A stretch of DNA of 64,000 nucleotides from a virus (taxonomy: Duplodnaviria; Caudoviricetes). The DNA is taken from positions 29,115 to 93,114 of the IMG/VR virus record IMGVR_UViG_3300030433_001899, one strand, 5' to 3'. Each line of letters starts with the position of its first letter. The stretch's first letter is position 1. Under the pieces are notes generated by a model. The model was not told the DNA's origin. It worked only from the letters and a program-made list of their open reading frames with translations, and ran no database searches. Both the position numbers and the translations under genes were made by a program. Below, in pieces: positions 30,665 through 40,262 of this stretch.

Positions 30665-33133
30665 GCAGGGGTATTACTACTGCTACAAAGATAAGAAGTG
30701 CAAGAAGATCCCATTAGGGTATCGGATTGGTTTGGGTGGATGGCTTCGTAAAGAAAAAGACGAAGAAACTGAGGAGAAGAAAAAGAATGGCAATGGAAAT
30801 GGTGCAAATGGCAATGGAAATGGGAATGGGGAGTCTAATGGGGGCTCTAATGGCGGAGGAGTATCAGAGGCGTGGTCTTCAAAATACAAAAAGTCAATCG
30901 ATTGTGATAATCCAAAAGGATTCTCTCAACGAGCACACTGTCGGGGTAGAAAGAAAATAAGCGAAGAAGCGGTTTCTAGAAAACAGCAAAAATTCTTCGG
31001 TATCGTTCGTGCTATCCAAAAAGGTGAATTAGAACCCACAACTCCTGAAACTGCTAAAGCTGCTGCAACTATGAAAAAGTCTGATGTAAAAGACTTTGCA
31101 TCAACCAAACACAAAGGTTTACCTGAGAAAAAGAAAATGAACGAGCAATCATGTCCCATATGTAATTGTGATCCTTGCCAGTGCTTAGAAGGTAATATTA
31201 CCGAAGCGCGTGATGGTAAGTCTTCTAAGGACAAAGGGTATTCTCTCCGCGACTGGTTCAAAGGTGGTGGCTGGAAACAGACTGGTGGTAAATATGATGG
31301 TAAGCCCTGTGCGAAACAACCTGGTCAAAAAACCAAACCATATTGTCGTGATGCAGACGACCGTGCTGCTATGAGTAAGGAAGAAAGAAATAAGAGAGCA
31401 CGCAAAAAGCGTAAAGAAGATCCAAATCCAAACAGAAAAGGGAAGGCAAAGAACGTGACTCAAGATTCTTATTCAAACTGGAGATCAGACTTAGAGCAAC
31501 TTGATGAATTTTTTGGACTTTTTGGACCAAAAACTGTAACTCCTAAAGATAGTCCTTCTGGAACTCAGTCTGTCACGGTAGGTAAAAAGTATCCTGCCAG
31601 ACAAAATAGAAAACCAGTTGATGTTACTTATGATAAAGAAGGCAATAAAACAGTAACACCCATGTCTCCCGCTAGAGCTGGTGTGATGCAATACAAGTAT
31701 GGTAGTACCTGGGGTATGCCTCAATATAATTCATATCAACCAGAAGGTGAAGTTGTTGAAGGATACGATGAAATCAGATCATATGATAGAATCAAAAGAC
31801 TAGATGGCAGGGTTAGATCTTTTGATGATGATAAACGTGATAAAAATAAAAAGGTAAATCCTACAGTTCAATTAGATAAAGCACACTTTGAACCAGAAGG
31901 TGAACTGGTTGATGAGGAAGGAAGGTCTGTATTCTCTACTCCTGGTTTAGATAGAAAGAAGAAAGTTCAAGATTACTTGAAAAACACTGATAAAGTTTTA
32001 AGACCACAAAAACCTACAGTTGAATTGGATAAAGCACATTATGAACCAGAAGGTGATATGGTTGATGAAGGCAAGAAAGATGCTTGCTACCATAAGGTCA
32101 AGTCACGTTATTCTGTTTGGCCAAGTGCATATGCATCTGGTGCATTAGTCAAGTGTCGTAAAGTTGGTGCTAAGAACTGGGGTAACAAGACTAAGAAAGA
32201 GAGTGTTGATTATTCTAACTGGAGAGATGACTTTCAAGCACTAGAAATTGAAACTATCGATCTTATCAAAGCAGACCCTATTGAAGTTCCTCCTTCAAGA
32301 ATTGACATCATCAAAGAAGGTGCTAAGAAGAGAATGCTTGATGAGAAGTGCTGGAAGGGTTATGAGAAGAAAGGTATGAAGACCATGTTTGGAAAGAGAT
32401 ATCCAAACTGTGTCAAAAAGAAGAAGACCAGAAAGGAAGAGTTTGAAGTTTCTGAAGGGAAGTATACTCGTGGTGAAATTTATAAAAAAGGAACTGCACC
32501 ACATAGAGATCCTGTTGCTGGAGAATCTTACCCTAAAGAAATTTACAAGAAAAAAGTTCGCCTCGCTGATGAAGTTGAACTGGGTGAGATGAAGAATGGT
32601 GGTGATAATGATCCTTGCTGGGATACTCACAAGCAAGTTGGTATGAAAAAGAAAGGTGGCAAGATGGTTCCCAACTGTGTTCCTAAGGAAGAGCATTCTG
32701 ACTGGAGAGCAGAGATTAATATCCAAGAAGCAATGCCTGGATATGACAAGTATAATGCTGCTGTGGCAGCAGCAAACAAGTTAAAAGGACGAGATAAAAT
32801 TAACGCACTGAAAGCAGCCGCTGCATTAAGACCCCCAACTGAAAAAGAAGTAAATAAAAAGATTCCTGAATCACATGAATTAGGTGAAGGTGCTGCCTGG
32901 ACAAAAAAGGAAGGTAAGAACAAGTCTGGTGGTTTGAATGAAAAGGGACGTAAGTCTTATGAGCGTGAGAATCCAGGTTCAGATTTGAAGAGACCTTCTA
33001 AAAAGTTGGTAACAAGCGTCGTAAGTCATTCTGTGCCAGAATGAAGGGTATGAAAAAGAAGCTAACTAGTAAGAAGACTGCTAACGATCCAGATAGCAGA
33101 ATCAACAAGTCTCTTAGAGCGTGGAACTGCTGA
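30651..33133 (+). CDS. modular Lys/Cys-rich putative internal head polyprotein; frame break at ~33000-33005
   Basis: The 0-frame ORF ends at 33044, but coding-like sequence continues in the -1 frame from 33005 (VGNKRRKSFCARMKGMKKKLTSKKTANDPDSRINKSLRAWNC) to TGA 33133, which overlaps the next ATG. CTAAATA late promoter at 30623-30629. Confidence 0.75.
31860..32069 (+). repeat. 57-nt imperfect direct repeat pair (31860-31916, 32013-32069)
   Basis: The copies encode PTVQLDKAHFEPEGELVDE and PTVELDKAHYEPEGDMVDE. Confidence 0.85.
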
Positions 33134-33345
33134 TGAAAACTTTTAAACAGTTTCAAGAAGGTATTTTTGATTTTTTACCTAAACAAAAAACTAAACTGAA
33201 ACCAGGTGGAGTTGGTATTGTATCAGATGAAGATAGAAAAAAATATAGAATGCCAATGCCAAAACAACCTATAGACGGAAATAGGATGCGTATGCCTCCA
33301 GCAAGATTTGTAAATCCAGATCCATATAAAACAACTTTAGCGTAA
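33133..33345 (+). CDS. small basic protein with capsid-targeting-like leader (putative internal protein)
   Basis: ATG 33133 in a TGATG overlap; begins MKTFKQFQE-G, resembling the T4 internal-protein leader (MKTYQEF..E). Confidence 0.7.
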   Translation: MKTFKQFQEGIFDFLPKQKTKLKPGGVGIVSDEDRKKYRMPMPKQPIDGNRMRMPPARFVNPDPYKTTLA

Positions 33346-33359
33346 TTTGATTTCTTGTT

Positions 33360-35006
33360 ATGAGTGATGTATATCTTGGCAATCCTAATCTAAAAAAAGC
33401 AAATACGGAGATTGAATTTACAGAGGAACAGATTATTGAGTTCCTCAAATGTAAAGAAGATCCCGTATATTTTGCTAATAACTATATCAAGATTGTTTCT
33501 CTTGATGAGGGTTTGACACAGTTTCATCCCTATGACTTTCAGGAGAAACTTATTCACAACTTCCACGAAAACAGATTCAATATCTGTAAGATGCCACGAC
33601 AGACTGGTAAGTCTACAACTGTGGTGTCTTATCTTCTACATTACGCTGTTTTCAATGACAGTGTAAACATTGGTATTCTGGCAAACAAAGCAGCAACCGC
33701 AAGAGAACTTCTCGGTAGGTTACAGACTGCATACGAAAACTTGCCCAAATGGATGCAACAGGGTATACTATCCTGGAACAAAGGATCAATGGAGTTAGAG
33801 AATGGCAGTAAGATACTGGCAGCTAGTACGTCTGCAAGTGCTGTCCGAGGTATGTCGTTCAACATCCTCTTTCTCGACGAGTTCGCGTTCGTCCCAAATC
33901 ACGTTGCTGACTCGTTCTTTGCATCTGTTTATCCTACTATTACTTCTGGTAAAAACACCAAAGTAATCATCGTATCTACGCCACACGGTATGAATCACTT
34001 CTACCGTATGTGGCATGATGCAGAAAAGAGAAAGAATGAATATATTCCAACTGACGTTCACTGGAGTGAAGTTCCTGGAAGGGATGAGGAATGGAAAGAG
34101 ACAACCATTGCAAACACCAGTGAACAGCAGTTCAAGGTTGAGTTTGAATGTGAGTTCTTAGGTTCGGTCAATACTCTCATCAATCCCTCCATCCTTAAGA
34201 ATCTTATCTATGAAGATCCTATCCAAAGAAATGCTGGATTAGACGTATATGAAGTCTGTCAACCTGAACACAACTATCTTATTACTGTTGACGTTGCTCG
34301 TGGCTTGGGTAATGATTATTCTGCATTTATCGTATTTGATATTACAGAGTTCCCATATAAGTGTGTAGCAAAATATAGAAATAATGAAATAAAACCAATG
34401 TTGTTCCCAAACATCATTGAAGAAACTGCCAAAGGTTTTAATAATGCCTGGGTGTTGGTAGAAGTAAATGATATTGGTGAACAAGTAGCAAACATATTAC
34501 ACTATGACCTTGAGTATGACAATATGCTTATGGCATCTATGAGAGGTCGTAATGGTCAAGTAGTTGGTCATGGTTTCTCAGGTAAGAAGTTGCAGATGGG
34601 AGTTAGAACAACTGCTCAGGTAAAGAAACTTGGATGCTCAAACCTAAAGACTCTCATCGAAGACTTTAAGTTACTGACACTTGACTATGAAATTATTTCT
34701 GAACTAACAACCTTTGCACAGAAGCATAACTCATTTGAAGCAGAAGAGGGTTGTAATGATGACCTTGCAATGTGTCTCGTTATCTTTGCTTGGTTAGTAG
34801 CACAAGACTACTTCAAAGAAATGACGGATAATGATATTCGTAAGAGAATCTATGAAGAACAAAAGAACCAGATAGAACAAGACATGGCACCATTTGGTTT
34901 CTTGGATGATGGTATAAATGATATGGAATCATTCACAGATGATAATGGAGATAGGTGGAACACAGATGAGTATGGTGACCGTGCTTATATGTGGGAATAT
35001 TATTGA
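33360..35006 (+). CDS. gp17: terminase large subunit gp17
   Basis: Walker A PRQTGKST, Walker B ILFLDEFAF, IIVSTPHG, nuclease DVARG..NDYS and NDDLAM. Confidence 0.97.
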   Translation: MSDVYLGNPNLKKANTEIEFTEEQIIEFLKCKEDPVYFANNYIKIVSLDEGLTQFHPYDFQEKLIHNFHENRFNICKMPRQTGKSTTVVSYLLHYAVFNDSVNIGILANKAATARELLGRLQTAYENLPKWMQQGILSWNKGSMELENGSKILAASTSASAVRGMSFNILFLDEFAFVPNHVADSFFASVYPTITSGKNTKVIIVSTPHGMNHFYRMWHDAEKRKNEYIPTDVHWSEVPGRDEEWKETTIANTSEQQFKVEFECEFLGSVNTLINPSILKNLIYEDPIQRNAGLDVYEVCQPEHNYLITVDVARGLGNDYSAFIVFDITEFPYKCVAKYRNNEIKPMLFPNIIEETAKGFNNAWVLVEVNDIGEQVANILHYDLEYDNMLMASMRGRNGQVVGHGFSGKKLQMGVRTTAQVKKLGCSNLKTLIEDFKLLTLDYEIISELTTFAQKHNSFEAEEGCNDDLAMCLVIFAWLVAQDYFKEMTDNDIRKRIYEEQKNQIEQDMAPFGFLDDGINDMESFTDDNGDRWNTDEYGDRAYMWEYY

Positions 35007-35221
35007 TGGATATAGATAAGGAGATAAACTTAGAACATCTTTTATTTCTTGACCGCAAGTGTAGAGTGTGTGGTAAAGTAAAGAATCTCCTTGAGGATTA
35101 TTATCTGACTAGAAAAGGAAGAGGAGCACTTCCGTCTGCATATTCTTATGAGTGTAAGCAGTGTACGATAGAGAGAAATAAGAAAGGAACAAGTAACATG
35201 TGGGAGTATCCAGACTGGTAG
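35006..35221 (+). CDS. small Cys4 zinc-finger protein
   Basis: ATG 35006 (TGATG overlap); CRVC...ECKQC. Confidence 0.75.
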   Translation: MDIDKEINLEHLLFLDRKCRVCGKVKNLLEDYYLTRKGRGALPSAYSYECKQCTIERNKKGTSNMWEYPDW

Positions 35222-35262
35222 TCAGTTTCACGCACAGTTTCCCCATTGAAAAAAGACATTTT

Positions 35263-35270
35263 AATAAATA
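35263..35270 (+). promoter_or_regulatory. late promoter for gp18
   Basis: AATAAATA in the intergenic region before the sheath gene. Confidence 0.7.
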
Positions 35271-35303
35271 ATTTCAGAAATATTCTGGATGTAGAGGTAC
35301 ACG

Positions 35304-37451
35304 ATGCCTATAAATTTAGCATCTCCTGGCATTGTCGTAAGAGAAGTAGATCTTACCATTGGTAGAGTTGATGCAACGTCTGGTGGTTTTGGTGCCATCG
35401 TGGCTCCTTTCTCAAAAGGACCTGTTGATGAACCACTCCTGGTACAGGACGAAGCAGGTCTTCTCGACAATTTCGGTGAGCCATACGAGACCGACAAGCA
35501 TTACGAGCATTGGTTAGTTGCATCATCTTACCTTGCCTATGGCGGGGGTTTAAGAGTTGTAAGAGCAGATGATGTAGAACTGACAAACGCTTTTGTTGGC
35601 GCTGCAACAAGCGTAAAAATCAAGAGCACCGAACACTACGGTGAACTTGGTTATGACAATAACACCATCACTGATGTAACATTTGCTGCAAGAAACCCAG
35701 GTTCTTGGGGAAATGGTATTAGAGTTGCCACCATCGACTCTCTTGGAGACCAGGTTTTAACTGGTATCAATGGCGCAACAGTTGGTGTTGGTATTACCCA
35801 AACCTTCTCTGCAACTCTTCCAAAAGCAGGTTCAACAGAAACTCTTGATGGTCACCTGAAGGGTATCATCACAGATGTAACAGGAACTAACGTAACCGTC
35901 AAGGTTATTTCTCACGTTTCTTCTAGTGGTACAGAAACAGAAGTAGACTATCAAGCATCTGGTATCTATAAGTTTGATTCTTCCACTCTTTCAATCAACA
36001 CTTTAGACTCTGCTACTGTTGGTTACACCACTGCAGTTACTGGAGCAAGAGACTGGTTCAATGATCAAACTCTGACTTTGACCGGTGCTGGTTCAACTAT
36101 CTCTTGGAGTTCTATCTCAGAGAGACCTGGAACTTCATCATTTGCTGCTGCAAGAGATGCAAGATTTGACGAAATACACGTCGTAGTTATTGACGGTGAA
36201 GGTGAAGTTACTGGAAACCCAGGAACTATTCTTGAGAGACATCTGAACCTTTCAAAAGCAAAAGATGCCGAATACTCCTTAGGAAGCACTGCTTACTGGA
36301 GAAAGTATCTTTACAACGCTTCTTCTCAAGTCTTTGGTGGTTCTGAACCCGCTGGTATCGTAACAACTGGTTTTAGTTCTGGTTTCACACGTCAAGCAGA
36401 CCAAGCATGGGATCAAAACGCTCAAGGAATTATCTTTGGTGCTTCTGGTTCTAACACTTATTCACTTGGTGGTGGTAAAAACTACGATGGTGGTACGGAC
36501 CTGACCGTAACTGGTGCCCTTACCTCAACTCTTGGTAAACTCAGTGAAGGTTATGGACTGTTTGAAAATACTGAGAAGCATGAAGTAGACTTCTTACTGA
36601 TGGGTTCTGCGAACCATACCAAAGAAACTGCTCAGGCACTTGCTAACAAGTTGATCGCTGTTGCCGAAGAAAGAAAAGACGCTATTGCATTCATCTCTCC
36701 ATACAGAGGTGCATTCCTTGCTGATGGTTCTGTAGGAACAGTCACTACTTACAGTGATGCTGCTATCACCGATAGAGTTGTTGAGTTCTACGCTCCTATC
36801 ACATCAACCACCTTCGGTATTTTCGATAGTGGTTACAAGTACATGTATGATAGGTTCAGTGATACCTTCCGTTACGTTCCAATGAACGGTGACGTTGCAG
36901 GTTGCTGTGCAAGAAATGACATCAACAACTTCCCTTGGTTCTCACCAGCGGGTAACTCAAGAGGTGCCATTCTGAACGCTGTAAAACTTGCTTACAACCC
37001 AAGCAAGACTCAAAGAGACGAACTGTACACCAACAGAATCAACCCAATCATCTTCTCCCCTGGTGATGGTATCATCCTCTTCGGAGACAAGACTGGTTTC
37101 GGTAAGGCATCTGCATTCGACAGAATCAACGTTCGTCGCTTGTTTATCTTCCTTGAAGATGCTATCTCTGCTGCTGCCAAGGATCAACTCTTTGAGTTCA
37201 ACGATGAAATCACGAGAACAAACTTCGTGAACATTGTTGAACCATTCCTCCGCGATGTTCAGGCAAAGCGTGGAATCTTCGACTACGTTGTTATTTGTGA
37301 CGAAACAAATAACACTGCTGCAGTCATTGACAACAACGAGTTCGTCGCTGACATCTTTATCAAACCTGCACGTTCTATCAACTTCATTGGTCTGACCTTT
37401 GTTGCTACTAGAACTGGGGTATCGTTTGATGAAGTTATTGGTAACGTTTGA
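35304..37451 (+). CDS. gp18: tail sheath protein gp18
   Basis: SPGIVVREVDLT; PWFSPAG..RG; SAFDRINVRRLF; FIKPARSINFI.L.FVATRTG. Confidence 0.97.
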   Translation: MPINLASPGIVVREVDLTIGRVDATSGGFGAIVAPFSKGPVDEPLLVQDEAGLLDNFGEPYETDKHYEHWLVASSYLAYGGGLRVVRADDVELTNAFVGAATSVKIKSTEHYGELGYDNNTITDVTFAARNPGSWGNGIRVATIDSLGDQVLTGINGATVGVGITQTFSATLPKAGSTETLDGHLKGIITDVTGTNVTVKVISHVSSSGTETEVDYQASGIYKFDSSTLSINTLDSATVGYTTAVTGARDWFNDQTLTLTGAGSTISWSSISERPGTSSFAAARDARFDEIHVVVIDGEGEVTGNPGTILERHLNLSKAKDAEYSLGSTAYWRKYLYNASSQVFGGSEPAGIVTTGFSSGFTRQADQAWDQNAQGIIFGASGSNTYSLGGGKNYDGGTDLTVTGALTSTLGKLSEGYGLFENTEKHEVDFLLMGSANHTKETAQALANKLIAVAEERKDAIAFISPYRGAFLADGSVGTVTTYSDAAITDRVVEFYAPITSTTFGIFDSGYKYMYDRFSDTFRYVPMNGDVAGCCARNDINNFPWFSPAGNSRGAILNAVKLAYNPSKTQRDELYTNRINPIIFSPGDGIILFGDKTGFGKASAFDRINVRRLFIFLEDAISAAAKDQLFEFNDEITRTNFVNIVEPFLRDVQAKRGIFDYVVICDETNNTAAVIDNNEFVADIFIKPARSINFIGLTFVATRTGVSFDEVIGNV

Positions 37452-37484
37452 TATTAGTTAATCACCTTAGAGGCTTAAAGAAAA

Positions 37485-38081
37485 ATGGCAACTAGAAACC
37501 AACTTAATCCACCCCCTCAGAGAAAGATTAGTGACTTCAAGAGCAAGCTTGCTGGTGGTGGTGCTCGCTCTAATCTCTTTGAAGTTGAACTCTCTTTCCC
37601 ATCAGCAGTAGAAGTTGATGGTCTCAATGACATTCTTAACAAGGCACGTTTCCTTGTTAAGACTGCAAACCTGCCTGCGTCAAACGTAGCACCTATCGAA
37701 GTTCCTTTCAGAGGAAGAATTCTTAAGGTTGCTGGTGATAGAACCTTTGATACCTGGACTATTACAGTTATCAATGACACCGACTTCTCCATTCGCTCTG
37801 CAATGGAAAAGTGGATGAACACCATTAACAAAGTTTCTGACAACACTGGTCTCACTAACCCTGCAGACTATCAAGCAGATGCTTATGTTTATCAACTCGA
37901 CCGTAACGGTGACACCCTGAGAAAGTATCATTTCTATGATGTATTCCCAACTCAGGTAAGTGCTATCGAACTTTCCTATGATGCTCAAGGTATCCAGGAG
38001 TTCACTGTTGAAATGCAAGTTCTCTACTGGGAAGCTATTAGAGGATCTGGTGAAAATGCTGGTGGTGAAAACATCACCTAA
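37485..38081 (+). CDS. gp19: tail tube protein gp19
   Basis: GGARSNLFEV; VPFRGRILKVAGDRTFDTWT.TV.ND. Confidence 0.97.
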   Translation: MATRNQLNPPPQRKISDFKSKLAGGGARSNLFEVELSFPSAVEVDGLNDILNKARFLVKTANLPASNVAPIEVPFRGRILKVAGDRTFDTWTITVINDTDFSIRSAMEKWMNTINKVSDNTGLTNPADYQADAYVYQLDRNGDTLRKYHFYDVFPTQVSAIELSYDAQGIQEFTVEMQVLYWEAIRGSGENAGGENIT

Positions 38082-38108
38082 ATAGTAAAATAAACAGTCC
38101 GATATAAA

Positions 38109-39770
38109 ATGGCACGACTTTTTGGTTTTTCTATTGATGATGGTCAGTCAAAGCCACCTTCAGTTGTCTCCCCCGTTCCTCAGTCAAATGAGGACGGGGT
38201 TGATAATTATATTAGTAGTGGATTTTATGGTCAGTATGTTGATATCGAAGGTGTCTATAAGACTGAGCACGACTTAATACGAAGATACCGAGAAATGGCA
38301 CTTCACCCTGAGTGTGATGGTGCTATTGAAGATGTCGTTAATGAAGCATTGGTTAGTGACTTATACGATTCCCCAGTTGAAGTTGAACTTTCTAACTTGA
38401 ACTGTAGTGAGACGTTAAAGAGAGTTATAAGAGAAGAGTTTAGAGCAATCAAAGAGATGATGGACTTCGATAAGAAGTGCCATGAAATTTTTAGGAATTG
38501 GTATGTTGATGGAAGAGTATACTACTTGAAGGTCATTGATGTCAAGGATCCTATGGCAGGTATCCAAGATATAAGATATATTGACCCTCTCAAGATGAAG
38601 TATATTCGTCAAGAGAAGAAACAAGATCCAAGACAACTTGCTGTTGCAAACCTGTCAAAAAATGACAATCAAGTTGTTGAACCAAAAGTAGAAGAATATT
38701 TCCTCTATACTCCACAACAAAAGTATCCCACGATGACGGGTGCTGGTGGAAAGAGCAAGGCAGTAAAAATTGCTAAAGACTCGGTAGCATATTGTAGTTC
38801 TGGTCTTGTAGATAGAAACAGAGGTTCTGTCCTTTCATATCTCCACAAAGCAATCAAGTCTCTCAATCAACTAAGAATGATTGAAGACTCTCTGGTTATC
38901 TATAGAATCTCCAGAGCACCAGAACGTCGCATTTTCTATATTGACGTTGGTAACCTTCCAAAAGTAAAAGCAGAGCAATACCTCAAAGAGGTCATGTCTC
39001 GCTATAGAAATAAACTGGTTTATAACGCTTCAACTGGTGAAGTTCGTGATGACCGCAAGTTCATGTCGATGATGGAGGACTTCTGGTTACCACGTAGAGA
39101 AGGCGGTCGTGGAACTGAGATCACCACCCTGCCTGGTGGACAGAATCTGGGAGAACTCTCAGATATTGAATACTTCCAGAAGAAACTGTATCGTTCTCTT
39201 GGAGTTCCTGAGTCTAGAATTGCTGCTGATGGTGGTTTCAACCTTGGTCGTTCTTCTGAGATTCTGCGTGACGAACTGAAGTTTGCTAAGTTTGTTGGTC
39301 GTCTGAGAAAGAGATTTGCCAACTTGTTCAATGACCTTCTTAGAACTCAACTTATTCTGAAGAACGTCGTCACCCCAGAAGACTGGGAAGTAATGAGAGA
39401 TCATATTCAATATGACTTCTTGTATGATAACCAGTTTGCTGAACTGAAAGAATCTGAACTTCTTCAGGGAAGACTTGGTAATCTTGCAACTATTGAACCT
39501 TATGTTGGTAAGTATTATTCTACTGAATATGTAAGGAAGAAGATCCTTCGTCAAACCGACTCTGAAATCATTGAAATTGATATGCAGATCGAAGATGAAA
39601 TTACTAAAGGTATTCTTCCAGATCCTTCACAAGTCGATCCTATTACTGGAGAACCTCTTCCTCCACAAGGTGGTGACCTTGGTGCACCAGTAAATGAACC
39701 AGACTTAGAAGCGGAAGGTGCTGCTACTGATGCACAGGCACAAAAAGACGCTAAGAAGGCAGAGATATAA
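38109..39770 (+). CDS. gp20: portal vertex protein gp20
   Basis: NWYVDGR; VIYRISRAPERRIFYIDVGNLP; EDFWLPRREGGRGTEITTLPGGQNLG; CTAAATA late promoter at 38078-38084. Confidence 0.98.
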   Translation: MARLFGFSIDDGQSKPPSVVSPVPQSNEDGVDNYISSGFYGQYVDIEGVYKTEHDLIRRYREMALHPECDGAIEDVVNEALVSDLYDSPVEVELSNLNCSETLKRVIREEFRAIKEMMDFDKKCHEIFRNWYVDGRVYYLKVIDVKDPMAGIQDIRYIDPLKMKYIRQEKKQDPRQLAVANLSKNDNQVVEPKVEEYFLYTPQQKYPTMTGAGGKSKAVKIAKDSVAYCSSGLVDRNRGSVLSYLHKAIKSLNQLRMIEDSLVIYRISRAPERRIFYIDVGNLPKVKAEQYLKEVMSRYRNKLVYNASTGEVRDDRKFMSMMEDFWLPRREGGRGTEITTLPGGQNLGELSDIEYFQKKLYRSLGVPESRIAADGGFNLGRSSEILRDELKFAKFVGRLRKRFANLFNDLLRTQLILKNVVTPEDWEVMRDHIQYDFLYDNQFAELKESELLQGRLGNLATIEPYVGKYYSTEYVRKKILRQTDSEIIEIDMQIEDEITKGILPDPSQVDPITGEPLPPQGGDLGAPVNEPDLEAEGAATDAQAQKDAKKAEI

Positions 39771-39773
39771 ATA
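39766..39773 (+). promoter_or_regulatory. T4-type late promoter
   Basis: Exact TATAAATA overlapping the gp20 stop. Confidence 0.8.
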
Positions 39774-39797
39774 GAAAATATTACATAATTAATTCAA

Positions 39798-40001
39798 ATG
39801 GATAATGTAATCGATATGATTGCCACAGGCGCTTCTGCGTCTGATGTCAGTGATAGTTTAAAGAACCTTCTTTATGCCAAAGCGGCAGAGAGAATTGAAG
39901 CTGCAAAACCCATTGTAGCAAACACCATGTTCAATGAACCTGAGCAAGGTGAAGTTGAAGATGAGGTTGAACAAGAACCACAAGAGGATCAAGGAGAATG
40001 A
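39798..40001 (+). CDS. small acidic prohead-core-like protein (gp67 position)
   Basis: Helical N-terminus and Glu-rich tail; sits between portal and protease as T4 gp67/68 do. Confidence 0.65.
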   Translation: MDNVIDMIATGASASDVSDSLKNLLYAKAAERIEAAKPIVANTMFNEPEQGEVEDEVEQEPQEDQGE

Positions 40002-40258
40002 TTATCAAAGTTCTGGCAGCAGAAGGTGATTTACAATCTGCTTCCAATGTTGACACTGCAACTGTTGTTAGACTTTTCAATGGTCACACTGGCGCTCTGG
40101 TTATTACCAGAAAAACTGCTGGTGGAACAACTGTAGGAAGTTTGACAGTTAATACTAAAGGAAGTGTTGTATTGGAAAAAGATCCAACCGACACTCTTGA
40201 AGCTTCTGGAAGCGGAGGTTCAGTAAAAGTCGTAAAAGTAGCATACAACATCTCATAA
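39998..40258 (+). CDS. small beta-rich hypothetical head-module protein
   Basis: 86-aa ORF with AAGGAG RBS, between gp20 and gp21. Confidence 0.7.
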   Translation: MIIKVLAAEGDLQSASNVDTATVVRLFNGHTGALVITRKTAGGTTVGSLTVNTKGSVVLEKDPTDTLEASGSGGSVKVVKVAYNIS

Positions 40259-40262
40259 GAAA

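Noticed and set aside
30787-30860. GG(C/A/G)AAT-type short tandem repeat as a CRISPR or non-coding repeat
   Set aside because: It simply encodes an Asn-Gly low-complexity linker; there is no repeat-spacer structure.
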